A stretch of DNA of 64,000 nt from a virus, in IMG/VR virus record IMGVR_UViG_3300027917_000033, positions 23,843 to 87,842 of that record; one strand, written 5' to 3'. Of the stretch, positions 59,910 through 64,000 are shown piece after piece. Position numbers and translations under genes: made by a program. Every line of letters begins with the position of its first letter. Position 1 is the stretch's first letter. The notes beneath the pieces are model-generated. The model worked only from the letters and a program-made list of their open reading frames with translations, searched no databases and was not told the origin of the DNA.

Positions 59910-59996
59910 TGGCGGCGGGTGAGGGAGTCGAGCCCTATCCCTTACGGGACCATCTGCTTTCGAAACAGCGCCGGGACCCTCCCGGTTCTACCCGCC
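59910..59996 (-). tRNA. tRNA-Ser(CGA), non-canonical
   Basis: CTGT-TTCGAAA-GCAG; CCGGGA/TCCCGG D stem; 4-bp T stem. Confidence 0.8.
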
Positions 59997-60281
59997 AATA
60001 AGCCAGTCAACATGGGATGTTACATCTGTGATGACTTGGATCGTATACTCGGCCATTTCTGTTTCAATATTGGGCCCCCACACCCTGATAATGACTGTTT
60101 CGTAATTATAGCAATAGAATGTTAGTTTTCTCTTCCGATACCACACTTCGATTATACCGGTCAAATCTTCTTCGCCATTTAAATCTGGTGTGGTATGTGA
60201 TTTTATGTTCCTGCTTTTCAATGTCTGCTGGATTTCTTCTATCGATATCATAGCCGCCTCATTTGCCGATTTGCTCTTCAT
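59988..60281 (-). CDS. hypothetical protein
   Basis: ORF. Confidence 0.5.
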   Translation of the reverse strand: MKSKSANEAAMISIEEIQQTLKSRNIKSHTTPDLNGEEDLTGIIEVWYRKRKLTFYCYNYETVIIRVWGPNIETEMAEYTIQVITDVTSHVDWLIGG

Positions 60282-60510
60282 GGTCCATTTTGGCTTTTAT
60301 TTCTTGTTTGGTAATCTTCCCAAACCATTTGCGAGGATTTCCACAACAAACGCAAGAGCATAATGTTGGTGTGTCTCTCAGTAACTTCAGCCATCTGTTG
60401 TCATCTTTGTAAGCCTTGAACGATTTGTATCCGGTACAACATCTGTATGCTCTTTTTATTCTTTTCCGTTTGATCGCCTCAGTTCTAGACCTTCTTACTC
60501 TTCTTTTCAC
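60259..60510 (-). CDS. small basic protein
   Basis: TPTLCSCVCCGNPRKW...TKQE. Confidence 0.6.
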   Translation of the reverse strand: MKRRVRRSRTEAIKRKRIKRAYRCCTGYKSFKAYKDDNRWLKLLRDTPTLCSCVCCGNPRKWFGKITKQEIKAKMDHEEQIGK

Positions 60511-60772
60511 CTTGGGAATTCCTTATAAGAGTTTCCATCGTTTCTATCACATGCGGGCATGCCAAAGGTACGGACTCTATTTTATATGCAAGGGTTGGTG
60601 TATTTATAGCATAATCATACCCAACACTCCAGAATACCATTTTGTCGCCGTTTATCCCCATGGCAAATCGGTTGTCTGGAGTGAATAACGTGTCATTGCA
60701 TATTTCCAGTTCAAGTCCTTTGGACTTGAATTCGTGGTATATTTCACTTATTAAGTGGCCTTCAAGGTTCAT
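60485..60772 (-). CDS. LxDP-like family protein
   Basis: VPLACPHVI. Confidence 0.5.
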   Translation of the reverse strand: MNLEGHLISEIYHEFKSKGLELEICNDTLFTPDNRFAMGINGDKMVFWSVGYDYAINTPTLAYKIESVPLACPHVIETMETLIRNSQGEKKSKKV

Positions 60773-60773
60773 T

Positions 60774-60860
60774 TGGCGGCGGGTGAGGGAGTCGAGCCCT
60801 ATCCCTTACGGGACCATCTGTTTAGCAAACAGCGCCGGGACCCTCCCGGTTCTACCCGCC
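60774..60860 (-). tRNA. tRNA-Ser(GCU), near-identical copy of Ser(CGA)
   Basis: CTGT-TTGCTAA-ACAG; rest identical to 59910-59996. Confidence 0.8.
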
Positions 60861-61018
60861 AATTTCTATTTGGGTTTCTTTCCCAAATTCTGGATGGCCC
60901 AACCGGACTTGGCCTGGACTCTGAAGTCTTCGTCCATCGCTACACCAACGAGTCCACTATCCTCTGGTGATCACCCCGGATGGTGTGTGGCTGTCTACGA
61001 CGAATGTATGGCTCATGA

Positions 61019-61309
61019 CTATTCCTTCAAAATTTCTGTCACTTTTCCGAAGACTGCTTTCGTCCACCCATTTATCTTGCCGTGATTGTTCCCGATCAGC
61101 AGCCCTCGTCCATTACTTTTACCTTTCACGAGATGTGTATAATACCGCCCCTTCACTTTGCAATAAACTATATCACCTTTATTGCAATCCTCCCACTTAC
61201 ATGGCGTAAGCTTGACGGGCTGGCGGCTCTTAATAATTGGGATCATACTATTGCCAGGTTCCTTGCTGATGATGGTCTCCCCGGCTTGCAATCTCTGTGC
61301 TTTATTCAT
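61019..61309 (-). CDS. S24/S26 peptidase-like protein
   Basis: PGNSMIP...GDIVYCKVKG...THLV...GNN. Confidence 0.65.
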   Translation of the reverse strand: MNKAQRLQAGETIISKEPGNSMIPIIKSRQPVKLTPCKWEDCNKGDIVYCKVKGRYYTHLVKGKSNGRGLLIGNNHGKINGWTKAVFGKVTEILKE

Positions 61310-61333
61310 AGTCCTAAAATACGGAATTAGCAA

Positions 61334-61500
61334 ATGGATTCGAAAGACATAGCTGGATAATCACGGAAGATTCGGATGTACTTTTAGAATCCCTATTTCA
61401 TCTTACGACCAAGGACAGAGTAGAAGATATTAATTCGATCGGCTGTTCGTTATCACAGGCCCTTTCGCCTATGCAATCCAGAACCCGAAAGGTCATCTCA
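61334..61500 (+). pseudogene. frameshifted ITEDPD-tag gene remnant
   Basis: ATG GAT TCG AAA GAC ATA GCT GG ATA ATC ACG GAA GAT TCG GAT = MDSKDIA(fs)IITEDSDVLLESLFHLTTKDRVEDI. Confidence 0.55.
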
Positions 61501-61575
61501 GTTTCAATCGGTCATTTTGCGGTCTGCTCCCAATCAAGCAGCCAACAGATCAGGCGTCCCGTCCGGGAGGTCTCG

Positions 61576-61923
61576 TCATTGGTTTTCCCAGACTGGTATC
61601 CCGGCTGCTTTGGCCTGTTTGACCATGTTCGCCGTGCCACGTGATTTCTTCTTATCCGTGTAGAATGCAAACACTTTATCTGGCTTCCCTTCATCAAGCA
61701 TTTGTTTGTTTCTGATTGGGCCAGCGGCTTTGCCATATTTGTTCCATTGTGCTGGGAACTCTAAGATTGTTAATCCTCGCCGTTTGGCCAACCAACCAGC
61801 GATGGTATCTGCTCCCCGTGCGCATCCATGGACTATGATATCGTTAGTATCCAGATTATCCACAACAATTTGGATTGCCTGGATATCATGGAAATCTCTA
61901 GATCCGCAAATTAAAACTCTCAT
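61576..61923 (-). CDS. DUF2493 / YspA-like SLOG protein
   Basis: VLICGSRDF, VHGCARGAD, WNKYGKAAGPIRNKQM, SRGTANM. Confidence 0.85.
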   Translation of the reverse strand: MRVLICGSRDFHDIQAIQIVVDNLDTNDIIVHGCARGADTIAGWLAKRRGLTILEFPAQWNKYGKAAGPIRNKQMLDEGKPDKVFAFYTDKKKSRGTANMVKQAKAAGIPVWENQ

Positions 61924-61926
61924 TAA

Positions 61927-62011
61927 CGGAAGACGGAGGACTTGAACCCCACACCTTGCGGTGCCCACTGTTTTCAAAACAGGTCCGGTGCGCCTGCCCG
62001 GTTCGTCTTCC
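61927..62011 (-). tRNA. tRNA-Ser(UGA), 8/4 cloverleaf
   Basis: GGAAGACG/CGTCTTCC perfect 8-bp acceptor, GGGG/CCTC T stem, CTGT-TTTGAAA-ACAG. Confidence 0.85.
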
Positions 62012-62012
62012 A

Positions 62013-62083
62013 TACCGGGAGGGGGAGTTGAACCCCCGACTACGCCGTATGAAAGCGTCGTGTTTCCGTTACACCATCCCGGC
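62013..62083 (-). tRNA. tRNA-Met/Ile2(CAU)
   Basis: ACGCT-TTCATAC-GGCGT. Confidence 0.8.
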
Positions 62084-62087
62084 TATT

Positions 62088-62528
62088 TCAGTCAACCCAG
62101 ACGTAGCCTTGTCTGGGCACTTGACCAACTCTCTCGCCCTTCTTGATGTCTTTCCTTCTAATGAATAAGACATCTTTCTTGGCTTCATACGCCTTCAGTG
62201 AGATTCCTTTGATTCCATCTCTGGCTGGATATATACCAGTTTTACGTGAGATATTGATTCTGTTTTCCTGCACGCGGTGATACTTAGTTGCTTCTGATAA
62301 TGTCTTGTGCGTACTAATCGCATAATCGTCTCCGCAGCACGTACATGAGACTCGTTCTGGATTATGACCAAATCTGTTGTAGAATATCGTTATAGCTTCG
62401 CTTTTGGGTGCTTCTATATAAATTTTGTCATACGGAGGCTCTTTAGTGTTGCCGCCGCTATGCATATCCCAGAATAGTGTCCAAACCATCTTAGAAATCC
62501 TTGAATGGATTGTCTTCAAGTGGTCCAT
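62088..62528 (-). CDS. hypothetical protein
   Basis: FWDMHSGG..K...IYIEA...CTCCG. Confidence 0.55.
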   Translation of the reverse strand: MDHLKTIHSRISKMVWTLFWDMHSGGNTKEPPYDKIYIEAPKSEAITIFYNRFGHNPERVSCTCCGDDYAISTHKTLSEATKYHRVQENRINISRKTGIYPARDGIKGISLKAYEAKKDVLFIRRKDIKKGERVGQVPRQGYVWVD

Positions 62529-62790
62529 ATTTCTTTCTTATTTCTTCTTTTGTCGGCACTTTCCCTTCATCAGCAATTATATGCAGTTCTGCCGCCCTGG
62601 CCGCTTCGTTTCCCCACATTTTTCTAATCTCTTCTACACCATCCGTATGGTGCCTAATTTGGCGATGGCCTGTCCATGGGAAATAATCTTTTGCTGTTTC
62701 GTCAAGCCACACATGGACTCTGTTCCATCTTCTTCCAAGCTTTAACAAGCATTCTTGACAGTGTTCTTCTCGCTTCATTTTACTATCCAA
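62491..62790 (-). CDS. DUF6915-like protein
   Basis: VHVWLDE...HRQIRHH..G...AELHI..D.G.VPT. Confidence 0.6.
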   Translation of the reverse strand: MDSKMKREEHCQECLLKLGRRWNRVHVWLDETAKDYFPWTGHRQIRHHTDGVEEIRKMWGNEAARAAELHIIADEGKVPTKEEIRKKYGPLEDNPFKDF

Positions 62791-62794
62791 TTAA

Positions 62795-62866
62795 AGCCAC
62801 CAATCGGACTCGAACCGATGTCTTCTGAGTACAAATCAGATGTTCTGGCCGCTGAACTATGGTGGC
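62795..62866 (-). tRNA. tRNA-Thr(UGU)
   Basis: TCTGA-TTTGTAC-TCAGA. Confidence 0.9.
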
Positions 62867-62906
62867 ATCTTTAAAATTTGTATCCAGGCTAGAGGCTGAG
62901 TTCTAA

Positions 62907-62977
62907 TGAGCGTGGGGAGAATCGAACTCTCGCTTTCTGGCTGTCATCCAGATGTACTACCATTATACGACACGCTC
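62907..62977 (-). tRNA. tRNA-Val(GAC)
   Basis: TCTGG-ATGACAG-CCAGA. Confidence 0.85.
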
Positions 62978-62979
62978 AC

Positions 62980-63010
62980 TGGTGGGTATACCAGGGAATC
63001 GAACCTGCTC
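62980..63010 (-). pseudogene. 3' tRNA fragment
   Basis: CAGGTTCGATTCCCTGGTATACCCACCA with no matching 5' half. Confidence 0.5.
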
Positions 63011-63036
63011 CTGTTTCTTGATTGGCTTTCCTTCTA

Positions 63037-63360
63037 TCAGGTTTTAGTTTCTTTCGTCACAAGTCTACATTTTTTGCATTCCGAGCATCTTTCTATTGCG
63101 GTAAGCAATAGGTCTAGGCTATCTGGTTGTGCCAAATCGATACCTTTTTGTCGATTAATCGGCGCTATAGTACTCACACATTTTATAATATGTTCATCTG
63201 ATTCTATATGAAGTCTAATTATATGCCGAAGTGGATGCCGAAGTGGGCGGTGGATATCAACATATTCGCCAAAATGTTTATTATAATCGTCGCCATATGA
63301 TCTGGCATCATAACCGTTTTCGACCAGATATGCCGCAATTATATCGGCTGCTATTGTCAT
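63037..63360 (-). CDS. LxDP-family protein
   Basis: IDLAQPDSL. Confidence 0.5.
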   Translation of the reverse strand: MTIAADIIAAYLVENGYDARSYGDDYNKHFGEYVDIHRPLRHPLRHIIRLHIESDEHIIKCVSTIAPINRQKGIDLAQPDSLDLLLTAIERCSECKKCRLVTKETKT

Positions 63361-63363
63361 TAG

Positions 63364-63434
63364 TACCCCTACGGGGAGTCGAACCCCGGCCTTCGCGTTG
63401 AGAACGCGATATCCTGCCACTAGACGATGGGGGC
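63364..63434 (-). tRNA. tRNA-Glu(CUC)
   Basis: TCGCG-TTCTCAA-CGCGA. Confidence 0.85.
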
Positions 63435-63953
63435 ACACATATAAAGAGTCGTCCATTGTGCTTCCATTGGCACAACCATGAATCCTGCCGATGTTAATAG
63501 ATCAACGCACTCATCAGTCTGTAAGAGTCCATAATGATGAATTCTTGTGTGGTGTCTTGGTGGCGTCGATAAGAACATGTTCATTTTAACGTATTTAGCG
63601 CATTTTTCCAAAAATCGTTTTCTATCTTCTACTTTGATATGTTCTAACACTTCAACGCATAGAATGTAGTCAGCAACAAACAATTCATTATCACTTAATT
63701 CGAGCCAATCTGCGATGATTGCTTTGTGGTTGCTTTTGTCTTGGATTATTTCGTTTAATTCTGCAATGCCGCCTTTGTGAAGATCCAGGCCCAAATACCT
63801 CGATACGGCATTTTCCTCTATTAATCTGTAATAACCATACCCATTTGAACATCCTATGTCGATTACGTTCGATTTGCTACCATTGATCATCCTTGCTGGT
63901 GCTTCATACATAATTCTGTGGCCACGGGAGACGATCGGTTTATCCCAATTCAT
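63420..63953 (-). CDS. class I SAM-dependent methyltransferase
   Basis: VIDIGCSNGYG, GLD, CVEVLEHI, LSTP. Confidence 0.85.
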   Translation of the reverse strand: MNWDKPIVSRGHRIMYEAPARMINGSKSNVIDIGCSNGYGYYRLIEENAVSRYLGLDLHKGGIAELNEIIQDKSNHKAIIADWLELSDNELFVADYILCVEVLEHIKVEDRKRFLEKCAKYVKMNMFLSTPPRHHTRIHHYGLLQTDECVDLLTSAGFMVVPMEAQWTTLYMCAPIV

Positions 63954-64000
63954 AACCCCTCCGCATCCATTATATGATCGACCACTCTGTCAAAGCAGTC

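Noticed and set aside
61927-62011. tRNA-Sec
   Set aside because: Acceptor starts GGAAGA like SelC, but the anticodon is UGA (Ser), not UCA, and the T stem is 4 bp
1-64000. Stop-codon reassignment (TAG/TGA recoding), prompted by the CUA-centred tRNA
   Set aside because: Conserved genes are full length in the standard code, and TAG ends genes cleanly (e.g. 1762, 24405, 32590)

Overview
A 64 kb segment of a large (jumbo-type) tailed bacteriophage genome in the standard genetic code. 1-16.5 kb: replication/recombination block (5'-3' exonuclease, gp32-like SSB, UvsY-like, compact family-A polymerase, DnaB/gp41 helicase, RecA, UDG, DnaE split into two genes). 17-29 kb: fibre-like gene, sulfotransferase, a ~400-nt structured non-coding RNA candidate, and a cassette of unrelated proteins sharing an 'IAxxITEDPD' tag (candidate capsid-loading signal). 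29-41.7 kb: Mre11/Rad50 (gp47/gp46), two divergent sigma-like genes, and an NDT-like + DeoC-like + PurZ-like + epimerase operon suggesting 2-aminoadenine (Z) chemistry. 41.9-64 kb: minus-strand array of about 24 tRNA genes, including 8/4 Sec-like tRNA-Ser, Ile(UAU), a long-variable-arm CAU tRNA and a Leu-body tRNA with a shrunken CUA arm. The tRNAs are interleaved with small ORFs and a GC-richer island. All calls come from reading motifs by eye; no searches were run.
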